Source: Bacilli bacterium (GTDB taxonomy: Bacteria > Bacillota_I > Bacilli_A > RFN20 > CAG-826). Taken from it: 64,000 bases of DNA. The translations under genes and the position numbers were made by a program. The stretch spans positions 12,351 through 76,350 of the forward strand of contig JAZRYE010000032.1 of the NCBI GenBank assembly GCA_045600585.1. The letters run 5' to 3'. Below are positions 49,095 to 59,048 of this stretch, one piece after another (within the stretch, counting starts at the first letter, position 1; each line of letters opens with the position of its first letter). The notes under the pieces are model-generated. The model saw only the letters and a list, made by a program, of their open reading frames with translations. It did no database searches and was not told where the DNA came from.

Positions 49095-50511
49095 TTAAAG
49101 AGTAGGTATGAGATTCGTTTATCTTAACCTTGATTATTTTACCAATCAAAGATTCATCGCCTTTGAAATGAACTAATTTATTAGTTTCTGTATATCCAGA
49201 AAGCATTGCATCATCAGTTTTGCTCTTGCCATCAACCAAGATGTCATAAGTATTACCCACCATTGCATTAGCGGAGACTTCAATATGCTTTTCTAAATGA
49301 GAAACGAGTTCTTTAAATCTTCTGACTTTTGTATCGTAATCAACATTATCTTCAATTCTTGCTGCAGGAGTTCCTTTTCTCGGTGAATAGATAAAGGTAA
49401 ATGCTGCTTCGTATTTAACCTCGTCAACTAAAGACAATGTATCTTTGAATTGTTCTTCTGTTTCGTTTGGGAATCCAACAATGATGTCAGTAGATAATGA
49501 TAACCCAGGAATCTTTTCTCTCATTTCTTTTACTAAAGAAAGATATCTATTTCTATCATATCTTCTACCCATGAGTTTTAAGACTTCATCATTACCAGCT
49601 TGAACAGGTAAATGGATGAATTTCATGATGTTATCGTATTTAGCAATAACTTCAATCATCTTGCTTGAGAAGTCCCATGGATGGGAGGTTGTAAATCTTA
49701 AACGTGGGATACCTAATTTAGCTACTGCTTCCATTAAGTCTGCAAAGTCATAGCCTTCATCTAAATCTTTACCATAGGCATTGACGTTTTGACCTAATAA
49801 AGTAATTTCTTGATAGCCGGCATCAACAAGAGTCTTGCATTCATCAATGACATCTTGGAATTTTCTACTTCTTTCTCTACCTCTTGTATATGGAACAATA
49901 CAATAAGTACAGAATTTATTACAGCCGTAGATGATGTTAACAAACGCTTTAAATCTATTGTTACGGCAAACTGGTAATTCTTCAACGACTTCACCAGCTT
50001 TAGATTCAATCGAAACAATTCTTTCGCCTTTAGTAATTGTTTCAAAAATAAGTTGATATAAATGATGAATTTCATGAGTTCCGAAATATAAATTTACTTC
50101 TGGGAACTTATCCATCAATCTTTTTAAAATTTCTGGTTGTTCAACCATGCATCCGCATATTGCTAATACGAGATTTTTATTCTTTTTACGTAAATATTTA
50201 AGATTACCGATTTCTCCGTAAACTTTATCTTCTGCGTTTTCTCTAACAGCACATGTATTAATAATAATAACATCTGCTTCTTCTGGTTCACTTGCAGGTA
50301 AATAGCCAATGTTTTCTAATAAGCCACGCATTGTTTCTTCATCTCTAACATTAGCTTGGCAGCCATAAGTTCTTATATAATAAGATTTACCATTAGCGAG
50401 TTTTTTTAGTTCATCAACATAATCTTTTGCTAATGTTTCAAAAACAGTCCCATTACTTTTGCTAGAGGCAGCCTTTTTTAAGTCAGGCGTGTTAATGATT
50501 TTAGTTTTCAC
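49072..50511 (-). CDS. miaB: tRNA-i6A37 methylthiotransferase (radical SAM)
   Basis: Radical-SAM CxxxCxxC (CNKFCTYCIVP). MTTase N-domain and TRAM domain. Confidence 0.9.
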   Translation of the reverse strand: MKTKIINTPDLKKAASSKSNGTVFETLAKDYVDELKKLANGKSYYIRTYGCQANVRDEETMRGLLENIGYLPASEPEEADVIIINTCAVRENAEDKVYGEIGNLKYLRKKNKNLVLAICGCMVEQPEILKRLMDKFPEVNLYFGTHEIHHLYQLIFETITKGERIVSIESKAGEVVEELPVCRNNRFKAFVNIIYGCNKFCTYCIVPYTRGRERSRKFQDVIDECKTLVDAGYQEITLLGQNVNAYGKDLDEGYDFADLMEAVAKLGIPRLRFTTSHPWDFSSKMIEVIAKYDNIMKFIHLPVQAGNDEVLKLMGRRYDRNRYLSLVKEMREKIPGLSLSTDIIVGFPNETEEQFKDTLSLVDEVKYEAAFTFIYSPRKGTPAARIEDNVDYDTKVRRFKELVSHLEKHIEVSANAMVGNTYDILVDGKSKTDDAMLSGYTETNKLVHFKGDESLIGKIIKVKINESHTYSLIGEIVNG

Positions 50512-51301
50512 AAGCTTTGTCCTCCAAATAATAAATCTTAAATATATTATTAGCTAAACCAGTGTTTTCATCGACGTCAATGACGACAGCGGAGAATAAT
50601 CCCCTACCTTCATTTGGAGTTTCGAATTTACTCATTTCTCCATAGACAGTTTTTCTAATAACAGATTTCTTTTCAAATCCTAAAGCACCTTCAGCAAATC
50701 CGGTCATTCCAACATCCGAGATGTAGGCTGTTCCGTTTTCTAAAATGTGCTCATCGTTTGTTTGTACGTGTGTATGCGTTCCAAGTAAAGCAGTAATTCT
50801 TCCATCAAATGCATACGCTAAACACTGCTTTTCACCCGTTGCTTCTGCATGGAAATCAACAATATGAATTGGAGTGTTTTCTTCATCTTCTTCGAATATT
50901 TGAAGCATTGTTAAGTATGGAGCGTTAACGCTTTCATTGATATAAGCAGATCCTAAGATATTAGTAATTCTTACTCCTACCCCATCAACATCAAAGACAA
51001 TACTTCCTTCACCTGGAAACCCATTTAATAAATTAGCAGGTCTTACAAGTCTGTCTGTTTTAGAAATATATTTTTCTAATTCTTTTTTAGAATTGTAATG
51101 GTTACCTAAAGTAATGCAATCCACTCCTGCATTAAGAAGTTCCTCGTAGTGATTACGAGAAAGCCCCTTACCATGTGTAGCATTCTCACCATTGGCTATG
51201 ACAAAGTCAATGTTGTACTTATTCACAAAGTAAGGGAGTTTTTCTTTGACCATACGTCTTCCGACGCGGCCAACAATATCACCAATAAATAATATTTTCA
51301 A
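50501..51301 (-). CDS. ymdB: YmdB-type metallophosphoesterase (2',3'-cyclic nucleotide phosphodiesterase)
   Basis: MKILFIGDIVGRVGR N-terminus. Downstream of rny as in Bacillus. Confidence 0.85.
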   Translation of the reverse strand: MKILFIGDIVGRVGRRMVKEKLPYFVNKYNIDFVIANGENATHGKGLSRNHYEELLNAGVDCITLGNHYNSKKELEKYISKTDRLVRPANLLNGFPGEGSIVFDVDGVGVRITNILGSAYINESVNAPYLTMLQIFEEDEENTPIHIVDFHAEATGEKQCLAYAFDGRITALLGTHTHVQTNDEHILENGTAYISDVGMTGFAEGALGFEKKSVIRKTVYGEMSKFETPNEGRGLFSAVVIDVDENTGLANNIFKIYYLEDKACEN

Positions 51302-51331
51302 AATGGCTCGTTTCTATGAAGTAATTGACCG

Positions 51332-52885
51332 TTACTTCGCGGTTTCAACAGCACGATATTCACGAATGACTGAGACTTTAATTTGTCCTGGATATGTCAT
51401 TTCGTTTTCGATTCTTTCTCTGATTTCTCTTGCGAGTTTGAAAGCAGCAACATCGTCAATCTTTTCTGGAACTACCATAACACGTAATTCTCTACCAGAT
51501 TGCATTGCATAGCTTTGATATACTCCATCATAGGATTTGCAAATCTCTTCGAGTTGTTCAATACGTTTGATGTAGTTTTCAAGCATTTCACTACGTGCAC
51601 CAGGTCTAGCAGCAGATAATGTATCAGCAGCTTGAACAAGGTTAGCAATAACGCTCTTAGCAGGAACATCGCCATGGTGAGATTCAATTGAGTTAACAAC
51701 GATTTCAGGTTCGCCATATTTCTTAGCAAGTCTACTACCGATTTCAACGTGGCTACCATCCATTTCGAAGTCGATAGCTTTACCAATATCGTGTAATAAG
51801 CCAGCTCTTTTAGCTAAGTTTTGATCTAAGCCAAGTTCAGCAGCCATTGTACCCGCTAAATAAGCAACTTCGAGTGAGTGTTCTAATGCATTTTGACCAT
51901 ATGATGTACGGTATCTTAATCTACCGACATAGTCTAATAATTCTTTATTAATTCTTGGTAAACCAAGTTTGAATGCAACTTCTTGACCAGTCTTATGAAT
52001 TGTTTCTTCGACTTCAGATTTGCACTTTTCAACGATTTCTTCAATTCTTCCTGGTTGAATACGACCATCTTTAATTAAAGCTTCAAGAGACATTCTAGCA
52101 ATTTCTCTTCTAATTGGGTTGAAGCAAGATACTGTAATAACTTCTGGAGTATCATCAATGATGAGATCAACACCTAATAATTGTTCTAATGAACGGATGT
52201 TTCTACCTTCACGACCAATGATTCTACCTTTCATTTCATCGCTAGGTAATGCAACTACTGAAACTGTTCTTTCAGTTGTGACATCTTGAGCATATTTAGA
52301 TAATGCTAAGCCAAGTAATTGTTTTGCTTTTTCATCGCATTCTTCCTTAGCTTCTTCTTCTTTGTTTTTAATAAAGACAGCGATTTCTCTACTAATCTTA
52401 CTTTCTACTCTAGCAAATAATTCATCTTTTGCTTCTTGAGTAGACATTTGAGCAACCTTTTCAAGTTCAGCGATAATGCTATCAATCTTTGCTTGAAGTT
52501 GTGCTTCTTTCTTATCGACATCTTTTAATCTTCTATTAAGAGTTTCATTCTTTTCTTCTAAAGTGTTTTCTTTAGAAATAAGAGCAGCGTCTCTTCTATC
52601 GATAGATTGTTCTCTTTGTAAGAGTTTGTTTTCTTGTTGAATAACTTCTTGTTTTCTTTCTTTGATTTCTTTATCAGCTTCTTGTTTAGCTTCATAAGCA
52701 GCTTTTTTAGCATCAATTTGAGCGTTCTTTTGAATGTGTTCTGCTTTGATTTCTGCATCTCTAATAATTTTAGATGCTGCTTTAGAAGCAGAATTCTTTC
52801 TAAATACTGGAAGCAAAAAGAAAGTTACAAAAGCAATTGCAATGCCTGCAACAATGCCGATAATTAATCCTACATACCATGGCAT
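51332..52885 (-). CDS. rny: ribonuclease Y
   Basis: N-terminal transmembrane segment, coiled-coil, KH domain and HD domain (HDIGK). Confidence 0.9.
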   Translation of the reverse strand: MPWYVGLIIGIVAGIAIAFVTFFLLPVFRKNSASKAASKIIRDAEIKAEHIQKNAQIDAKKAAYEAKQEADKEIKERKQEVIQQENKLLQREQSIDRRDAALISKENTLEEKNETLNRRLKDVDKKEAQLQAKIDSIIAELEKVAQMSTQEAKDELFARVESKISREIAVFIKNKEEEAKEECDEKAKQLLGLALSKYAQDVTTERTVSVVALPSDEMKGRIIGREGRNIRSLEQLLGVDLIIDDTPEVITVSCFNPIRREIARMSLEALIKDGRIQPGRIEEIVEKCKSEVEETIHKTGQEVAFKLGLPRINKELLDYVGRLRYRTSYGQNALEHSLEVAYLAGTMAAELGLDQNLAKRAGLLHDIGKAIDFEMDGSHVEIGSRLAKKYGEPEIVVNSIESHHGDVPAKSVIANLVQAADTLSAARPGARSEMLENYIKRIEQLEEICKSYDGVYQSYAMQSGRELRVMVVPEKIDDVAAFKLAREIRERIENEMTYPGQIKVSVIREYRAVETAK

Positions 52886-52906
52886 ATTATTATGTCTCCT
52901 TTCAAA

Positions 52907-52929
52907 ACTTAGTCATATTAAAATGACTA
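52907..52929. promoter_or_regulatory. 8-bp inverted repeat TTAGTCAT-N6-ATGACTAA in the rny 5' region
   Basis: Read directly from the sequence, 20 nt upstream of the rny RBS. Confidence 0.3.
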
Positions 52930-53217
52930 AAAATACAAAAACTATACTCTTTGACTAAAACATTACTTACTAAAAATAATTGAAGTATGAAATATTTTAT
53001 ATATTTAATAGGCAAAGCCTAATAATAAAGTTCTCAATAGAGAATCTATAGTTAAGTACCCCACTGGATACAAAAATATTATAAAGAAAACTAAATGTAA
53101 TATCTACCTTTAATTATATTAACAACAATTAATGAGGTGATGTTTGTAAATAAATTTATAAAATTTTAAGAAAAAAATCGAGTTTGCTCCCTATAAATAA
53201 GTATGGAGGCATTTTAT

Positions 53218-53355
53218 ATGCATCCTAATACAAGGGGAGGGAGTTTACTCGCTAGTTTAGATTATACGATTGTAATGGAAAGGAGTAGTTTAGTGACAGA
53301 AGTCATTATCATTTTGATTTTGATCTTCAAGATCATAAAAAAAGATGGCAAATAG
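53218..53355 (+). CDS. candidate small hydrophobic peptide gene (45 aa; alternative 20-aa product from GTG 53293)
   Basis: GGAGG RBS 8 nt before ATG 53218, and a second AAGGAG RBS 7 nt before in-frame GTG 53293. The product ends VTEVIIILILIFKIIKKDGK, a single transmembrane helix with a basic tail. It lies in the 600-bp recA-rny gap. Confidence 0.35.
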   Translation: MHPNTRGGSLLASLDYTIVMERSSLVTEVIIILILIFKIIKKDGK

Positions 53356-53451
53356 CCCAAAGCTAATTACCATCACGCCTTGTCTTAATTATAACTCGTA
53401 AGTCTTAAATTAGAAAGAGGGATTTCCTCCTTCTTGAATGAGTTTTGAAAC

Positions 53452-53488
53452 AAAAAACAGGGTCACTATGATATTAGACCCTGTTTTC
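53452..53488. terminator. bidirectional terminator 3' of recA
   Basis: CAGGGTC-N15-GACCCTG with A/T runs on both sides. Confidence 0.7.
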
Positions 53489-53489
53489 A

Positions 53490-54491
53490 TTATTCTGCTA
53501 CTACCCCAGATTTAATCTGTTCGAGAAGTTCATTAGCAACTTCTTCATTGTGTTTGATATAGTCTTTTGCACTATCTCTACCTTGAGCAATCTTGCTTCC
53601 TTTATATTCGAACCAAGAACCACTCTTTTTGATAAAGCCAAGAGCAACAGCACGATCGAGAATTTCACCTTCTTTAGAAATACCTTGACCGTAGATAATA
53701 TCAATTTCGCATTGTTTAAATGGAGGTGATACTTTGTTTTTAACAATTTTAACGCGGCAAGTATTACCGACGATATCACTGCCATCTTTAATAGCGTCTG
53801 TTCTTCTGATATCAATTCTAATTGAGGCATAGAATTTTAATGCACGACCACCAGAAGTTGTTTCTGGATTGCCATACATGACACCTACTTTTTCTCTTAA
53901 TTGGTTAATAAAGATAACGGCACATTCTTTTTTGTTTAAGATACCAGCAATCTTTCTCATAGCCTTAGACATCAATCTAGCTTGCATACCAACAGAGTTA
54001 TCGCTCATCTCTCCATCGAGTTCAGCTTGTGGAACTAACGCTGCAACAGAGTCGACGATGATTAATTGGATTGCTCCACTATTAGCAAGCATCTCAGTAA
54101 TTTCTAATGCTTGTTCACCACTATCTGGTTGAGAAAGGATTAATTCATCAATATTAACCCCAAGGTTTTTCGCATATAAAGGGTCGATAGCGTGTTCAGC
54201 ATCGATAAATGCTGCTCTACCGCCTTGCTTTTGACATTCCGCAATTGCGTGAAGTGCCAATGTAGTTTTACCTGATGATTCAGGACCATAGATTTCAATG
54301 ATTCTACCTTTTGGATATCCACCAACACCAAGGCATTCATCAATTAATAAAGATCCAGATGGGATAGCGTCGACATCGACTGATTCTCTATCGCCAAGTT
54401 TCATGACTGAACCTTTACCAAACATCTTTTGGATTTGCTTTAAAGTCTCATCTAATGAAACTTCAGGCTCGTTTGTTTCTTTTGTTGCCAT
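53490..54491 (-). CDS. recA: recombinase A
   Basis: Walker [10 protein letters not shown] and the full RecA sequence. Confidence 0.95.
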   Translation of the reverse strand: MATKETNEPEVSLDETLKQIQKMFGKGSVMKLGDRESVDVDAIPSGSLLIDECLGVGGYPKGRIIEIYGPESSGKTTLALHAIAECQKQGGRAAFIDAEHAIDPLYAKNLGVNIDELILSQPDSGEQALEITEMLANSGAIQLIIVDSVAALVPQAELDGEMSDNSVGMQARLMSKAMRKIAGILNKKECAVIFINQLREKVGVMYGNPETTSGGRALKFYASIRIDIRRTDAIKDGSDIVGNTCRVKIVKNKVSPPFKQCEIDIIYGQGISKEGEILDRAVALGFIKKSGSWFEYKGSKIAQGRDSAKDYIKHNEEVANELLEQIKSGVVAE

Positions 54492-54536
54492 ATTTTGCCC
54501 TCCACTTATTTATATACGGAAAATGCGATTTTTTTC

Positions 54537-55007
54537 TTAATTTTCTTTAATTATTTTTTCAAGAAGTGCATAAGCAGTAAATACTGCTTTATTTTGTATC
54601 TCTTCTCTTGTTCCTTTTAAGTTATAGCCATAGACACGGCATATTTCTTTTGTCGCGATACCAATATAGATTTCGCCTACTGGTTTCCCTTCCATTGCAT
54701 CTGGACCAGCATTACCAGTAAAAGAAACACAATAATCAACATCTAATAAACATCTTGCATGGCTTGCCATTTCATAAGCGCATTCCTTAGAAACGACGCC
54801 TTTGGTATTCACCATTTCTTTTGATACGCCTAATAAACGAATCTTTTCTTCAGTTGCATAGGTGACAAAACCACCCTTAAACATTTTTGATGCTCCTGGA
54901 ACTCTTGTCATTTCTCGAGCGAATAATCCACCTGTAAATGATTCAACAGAACCAAGTGTTAACTCTTTTTCTCTAAATAATGCATTGATATCTTTGTTTG
55001 TAATCAT
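54537..55007 (-). CDS. cinA: CinA C-terminal domain protein (NMN amidohydrolase PncC-like)
   Basis: CinA_C motifs LGSVESFTGGL. 156 aa. Upstream of recA as in Bacillus. Confidence 0.8.
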   Translation of the reverse strand: MITNKDINALFREKELTLGSVESFTGGLFAREMTRVPGASKMFKGGFVTYATEEKIRLLGVSKEMVNTKGVVSKECAYEMASHARCLLDVDYCVSFTGNAGPDAMEGKPVGEIYIGIATKEICRVYGYNLKGTREEIQNKAVFTAYALLEKIIKEN

Positions 55008-55009
55008 AA

Positions 55010-55645
55010 TTATTTTTCTTCTTTTAAAACGATTCTATTTTGTATGACATAGATGAATCCACTTAATAAGGACATAAATGTCGCTAAATATACAAACCAA
55101 TCAGTGATTCTTAATCCTTTTGGCCAAGATGCATCAAAATAAGAGAAAGGGAAGCCATTTAATAAAACAAAGATGACCGCAACCATTTCTAATACTGTTT
55201 TCATTTTGCCAAATATATTTGCGGCAATAACAACGCCTTTTTGAGCAGCGATAAATCTTAAAGCATCAACAACAATATCTCTTGCAACTAAAAGAATTGC
55301 ACACCAAATAGATAAACCGATTTGTTCTTGAGCATAGCTGGCTGGAACAATAAGGAAAATGACAATTGAGTTAATTAATAATTTATCTGCAATTGGATCT
55401 AAGAATTTGCCTAATGCAGTAACTTGATTCCATTTTCTTGCTAAATGGCCATCGAGATAGTCAGTAAAGCTTGCAATAGCAAATATAACAAAAACTATTA
55501 GATAAACAACGTTTATACCTTTCCAACCATTAGCTCCTAAAATAAAAGGTGCATCAAATTTGATTAAAGAAAGAACAAATAATCCCAATATCATTAAGAC
55601 AATTAGAACAATTCTTGATACTGTAATTTTTGTTGGGATATTCAT
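55010..55645 (-). CDS. pgsA: CDP-diacylglycerol--glycerol-3-phosphate 3-phosphatidyltransferase
   Basis: CDP-alcohol phosphatidyltransferase motif DYLDGHLAR...G...D...D. Start set at MNIPTK (RBS AAAGGAGAAAC), because the longer track start overlaps the RNase P RNA. Confidence 0.85.
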   Translation of the reverse strand: MNIPTKITVSRIVLIVLMILGLFVLSLIKFDAPFILGANGWKGINVVYLIVFVIFAIASFTDYLDGHLARKWNQVTALGKFLDPIADKLLINSIVIFLIVPASYAQEQIGLSIWCAILLVARDIVVDALRFIAAQKGVVIAANIFGKMKTVLEMVAVIFVLLNGFPFSYFDASWPKGLRITDWFVYLATFMSLLSGFIYVIQNRIVLKEEK

Positions 55646-55659
55646 AGTTTCTCCTTTAA

Positions 55660-56001
55660 GCGAGTATTCGACCCTGTAAGCCATGTTGTGTCTAGGACAA
55701 TTATTTATCTAGGCTAAGCCTGCCGTTGGTGATTCTTATTCTCACCTCTTGCCTCCCCTACCAAATTTGGGTTTCTCGCTTGTGGGGTTTACCGCGTTCC
55801 ACTTTATTATTTCTAATAAACTACGTCACTGTGGCACTTTCAGGTCTCTCACCATAGTTTCCCTTAGGTGATCCACCGCCGTTATGTACTCCTACATACC
55901 TAGCGTTATTTTTTCCGCTAGCGCAATCACTACAGACATCACAGTCTGTGCGAGCATGGACTTTCCTCTAACCGAAGTCAGCAATTATCCAGGTCGAATG
56001 T
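55660..56001 (-). ncRNA. rnpB: RNase P RNA, type B
   Basis: Minus-strand sequence contains GAGGAAAGUCCAUGCUCGCACAG, GAAAGUGCCACAGUGACG, GUGGAACGCGGUAAACCCC, GCGAGAAACCCAAAUUUGGUAGGGGA and ACAUGGCUUACAG. These are near-identical to B. subtilis rnpB blocks. P1 pairs UUCGACCUG with CAGGGUCGAA. It lies immediately 3' of gpsB as in B. subtilis. Confidence 0.9.
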
Positions 56002-56002
56002 T

Positions 56003-56365
56003 TTATTTGATATTGTGTGGATTGTATCCATTACGATACAAGAATTTTTCTAATACATTAATTCTCTTAATAAGATCCATGTTATCAGTGGTAACTTGAT
56101 CTTCTTCTTTAATGTTGTTAAATCTTGCTTTATAACGGTTTAAATCAATCTCAAGATTTTGATTTGCAAGTTTAAGCTTTTTAATTTCTTCTTTCATGTC
56201 TTCCATTTCTTTTTTAGAAAGAATGACAGATTCTTCAAGTTTACGGTAGTCTCTAAGAACCCCATCTAAGAAAGTATCAACTTCTAAAGCATCGTATCCA
56301 CGAGGAACGATACGAAAGACTTTATTTAAAATTTCTTCAGAAGATAATACAAGCTTAATTGCCAT
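56003..56365 (-). CDS. gpsB: cell-cycle protein GpsB (DivIVA-domain)
   Basis: DivIVA N-domain RGYDALEVDTFLDGVLRDY. About 120 aa with coiled-coil C-terminus. Conserved gpsB-rnpB adjacency. Confidence 0.8.
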   Translation of the reverse strand: MAIKLVLSSEEILNKVFRIVPRGYDALEVDTFLDGVLRDYRKLEESVILSKKEMEDMKEEIKKLKLANQNLEIDLNRYKARFNNIKEEDQVTTDNMDLIKRINVLEKFLYRNGYNPHNIK

Positions 56366-56447
56366 AAGAAAACCTCTAATATATAATATAAGAGAGTGAA
56401 CGCTGATTCAATCTTTTTTCTTTAAGAAAAAGCATCACTGGTATTTT

Positions 56448-57173
56448 ATGAAGAAGTTTGAAAAATTATTAAAAGGACATACACATATCATCTTCCTTGA
56501 TTTCGAAGGAACACAGTACTCACATGAAATGATTGCGATTGGAGCAGTCATGGTTTCTTTAGACAAAAAAGGCTTTATCAAGAAGATGAAAGAGCCTTTT
56601 AGAATATACGTAAAAGCCCATAACAAAATTGGTAAATATGTCGTTGAATTAACTGGCATTTCTGAAGAACTTTTAACAGAAAAAGGTGTCTCATTCAATA
56701 ATGCAATGTTAGAACTTAAAAAATATATGGGTTTAGCATTTAAGAAATCGTCTTGGATTACATTTGGTAATCACGATATGAGAATATTAAATCAATCTAT
56801 TTCTTATAACTTTGACTATCCAAAAGAAGTGACAAGTCAAATGCAAAAGAACTATATCGATTTCTCTGCATTCCTTTCTGAATTTGTCAAAGACGCGAAT
56901 GGTAATCCATATAGTCTAGTCAACTACTGCAAACTCTTTGGAATTGAAGAAAAAGGACCAGCACATGATCCAGAAGTTGATGCGATTAATTTAGCTTATT
57001 TATACGATGCAGTTATGAAGAATCCTGATTTAATGCTTGAGGAATATAAAAAGGTTTTACAAAAGCCTCATCATCTTCCAGAAGCAGTTCAAAAGGCAAT
57101 TGTTAAACTTGCTAAAGGTGAAACTGTTACCGCCCAAGAATTCGAGGATAACTTAAAGGATTATTTAAAATAA
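56448..57173 (+). CDS. DEDDh-family 3'-5' exonuclease (KapD/ERI-1-like)
   Basis: Exo I DFEGT, Exo III H-x4-D (HDPEVDA). Confidence 0.65.
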   Translation: MKKFEKLLKGHTHIIFLDFEGTQYSHEMIAIGAVMVSLDKKGFIKKMKEPFRIYVKAHNKIGKYVVELTGISEELLTEKGVSFNNAMLELKKYMGLAFKKSSWITFGNHDMRILNQSISYNFDYPKEVTSQMQKNYIDFSAFLSEFVKDANGNPYSLVNYCKLFGIEEKGPAHDPEVDAINLAYLYDAVMKNPDLMLEEYKKVLQKPHHLPEAVQKAIVKLAKGETVTAQEFEDNLKDYLK

Positions 57174-57769
57174 TGATTAAATACCCTAATGGAGAAAAAT
57201 ACACTCCTGCAAGTAAAAGAAAAGAAAGAAAAACAAGTAAAGATATCTCAATAAGTTCCGCCAATAGAGGTATGAACTTTGAAAACGATATCAATCTTTC
57301 TAACGAATATTACATTGTTAACCATATTTGCTTAATAACAAAAAGACCAACTCCAATTAATATTGTTAAAGTTGATTATTCAAAAGGGGCAAAGATTACT
57401 GATGCTTATTTTGAAAGACAATCCACTACTGACTATAACGGAGTATTTAGAGGTCGTTATATTGACTTTGAAGCAAAGAATACAAAAAATAAAACATCTT
57501 TCCCTTTGCATAACATACCAATTCAACAAATCAATCATCTAAAAAATGTTTTAGATTTTGGCGGTATTGCTTTCTTTTTGATTCAATTTGAATCTCTTGG
57601 AGAAGTATATCTATTAGATGCAAGTTTTGTTATTGAATATTATGAACATGAAGAAAGAAAAAGTATCCCTTATGATGTATTTAAACAAGAAGGAATACTT
57701 ATTAAACAAGGTTTTAATCCAAGATTATATTATCTTGACGCAGTAATTGAGAAATATTTTAAAGATTAA
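57173..57769 (+). CDS. recU: Holliday junction resolvase RecU
   Basis: RecU signature ANRGMNFENDIN...EYY and catalytic D/E region. 198 aa. Confidence 0.8.
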   Translation: MIKYPNGEKYTPASKRKERKTSKDISISSANRGMNFENDINLSNEYYIVNHICLITKRPTPINIVKVDYSKGAKITDAYFERQSTTDYNGVFRGRYIDFEAKNTKNKTSFPLHNIPIQQINHLKNVLDFGGIAFFLIQFESLGEVYLLDASFVIEYYEHEERKSIPYDVFKQEGILIKQGFNPRLYYLDAVIEKYFKD

Positions 57770-58415
57770 TTTTTGAACAATATGTAGATAATTTGCATCC
57801 CTCGCATTTAGGTGATCGAGCCATGCAATAATATCTTCCAAAATGAATAAGCTGATGATGGGTCTTAATTTGACGAGATTCTTCAATCAGCTTTTTTAAT
57901 TTTCTTTCAACATCAATTGGTTCATCATCTTTTTTAGCTAATTTTAATCTTTTTGAAATGCGGAGAATATGGGTATCAACCGGTAATTCTGGAAGATGAA
58001 ATATTTCTGCACGAATTACTCCTGCAGTTTTATTTCCTACACCTGGCAATTTTTGTAATTCGTTTTTATTCATTGGCACTTTACCGTCATAGTTTTCTAT
58101 GAGCATTTTAGCTATACCTAATAAATTAGATGTCTTGTTTTTTGTTAATCCAATTGGACGAATAATATTAAAAACATCATCATATGAAGCATGATAAAGT
58201 TCATCTAATGTTTTGTATTTTGAAAAAAGGACAGACGTCACTTTATTTACACTGGCATCAGTGGTTTGAGCAGATAGCATCACTGCTATAACAAGCTCGT
58301 AATCTTTTGTATAGTTTAGCTCACAAGAAGCATTAGGTAATATTTCGTCTAGATAATCTAGAAGAATGCGAATATTATTCTTCGTCATCGTTATCAAGCC
58401 AAGGGGTCTTAGCAA
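57759..58415 (-). CDS. nth: endonuclease III
   Basis: HhH-GPD fold and the C-terminal 4Fe-4S cluster loop CEGCKLSTYC. Confidence 0.85.
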   Translation of the reverse strand: MLRPLGLITMTKNNIRILLDYLDEILPNASCELNYTKDYELVIAVMLSAQTTDASVNKVTSVLFSKYKTLDELYHASYDDVFNIIRPIGLTKNKTSNLLGIAKMLIENYDGKVPMNKNELQKLPGVGNKTAGVIRAEIFHLPELPVDTHILRISKRLKLAKKDDEPIDVERKLKKLIEESRQIKTHHQLIHFGRYYCMARSPKCEGCKLSTYCSKINL

Positions 58416-59028
58416 TTCTAATTGTTTCTTCTAAATTCTTATTCCAATCAGGAGCAATGGTTGTTGTTCCTTCATTTTCACGGTCATCACGTGTCGCGTT
58501 GCTTAACAAAATTTTATCAACGGAACGAAGTGTCTTTTTGCCTTTTGCTAAAGCATCTTTTAATGCGTTGATAATCATTTCATCTGTATAGCCATAAGAA
58601 ATCCATTCATCAATTTTTGAGATTTCAACATGAGATAATGGACGAGCTAATAAAGTTTGGAATTTCTCGTAAATATTATTTAAGATTTCTTCTTTTTCTT
58701 TATCTTTTCTAGTTTCAGATTCTTTGGATAAAGAAATTTGGAATTCACGATAAAGCTTTTCTTTTAATGGATCAAGAGAAGTAACTGTTTTATTGCCAAC
58801 AGTTGTATATTCCATAAAACCTTTAGTTAATAAGTTATTCATGCAGTCATCAATATCATGATGATTCATGCTCATCTTTAAAGATAATAAATCAGAAGTA
58901 ACAAAAGGTGTTCCATTAGAAATGTAATGGTCAATCATCAAAATGACAACAAATTCATTTTCAGATAAATTGAGTTTTTTATAGTTCTCTAATAAGAGAA
59001 AACGGAAATCAATTGCTTCGGTAATCAT
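58375..59028 (-). CDS. dnaD: DnaD-domain replication initiation/membrane attachment protein
   Basis: DnaD-like N-domain and DDBH2 C-domain. Conserved dnaD-nth adjacency. 41-nt overlap with nth. Confidence 0.7.
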   Translation of the reverse strand: MITEAIDFRFLLLENYKKLNLSENEFVVILMIDHYISNGTPFVTSDLLSLKMSMNHHDIDDCMNNLLTKGFMEYTTVGNKTVTSLDPLKEKLYREFQISLSKESETRKDKEKEEILNNIYEKFQTLLARPLSHVEISKIDEWISYGYTDEMIINALKDALAKGKKTLRSVDKILLSNATRDDRENEGTTTIAPDWNKNLEETIRIAKTPWLDNDDEE

Positions 59029-59048
59029 ACGCTTATTCTTTCGTATCG

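Noticed and set aside
55646-55684. N-terminal extension MAYRVEYSLKGET of the pgsA ORF
   Set aside because: It overlaps the 3' end of the RNase P RNA. An internal ATG with a strong RBS at 55645 gives a normal-length PgsA.
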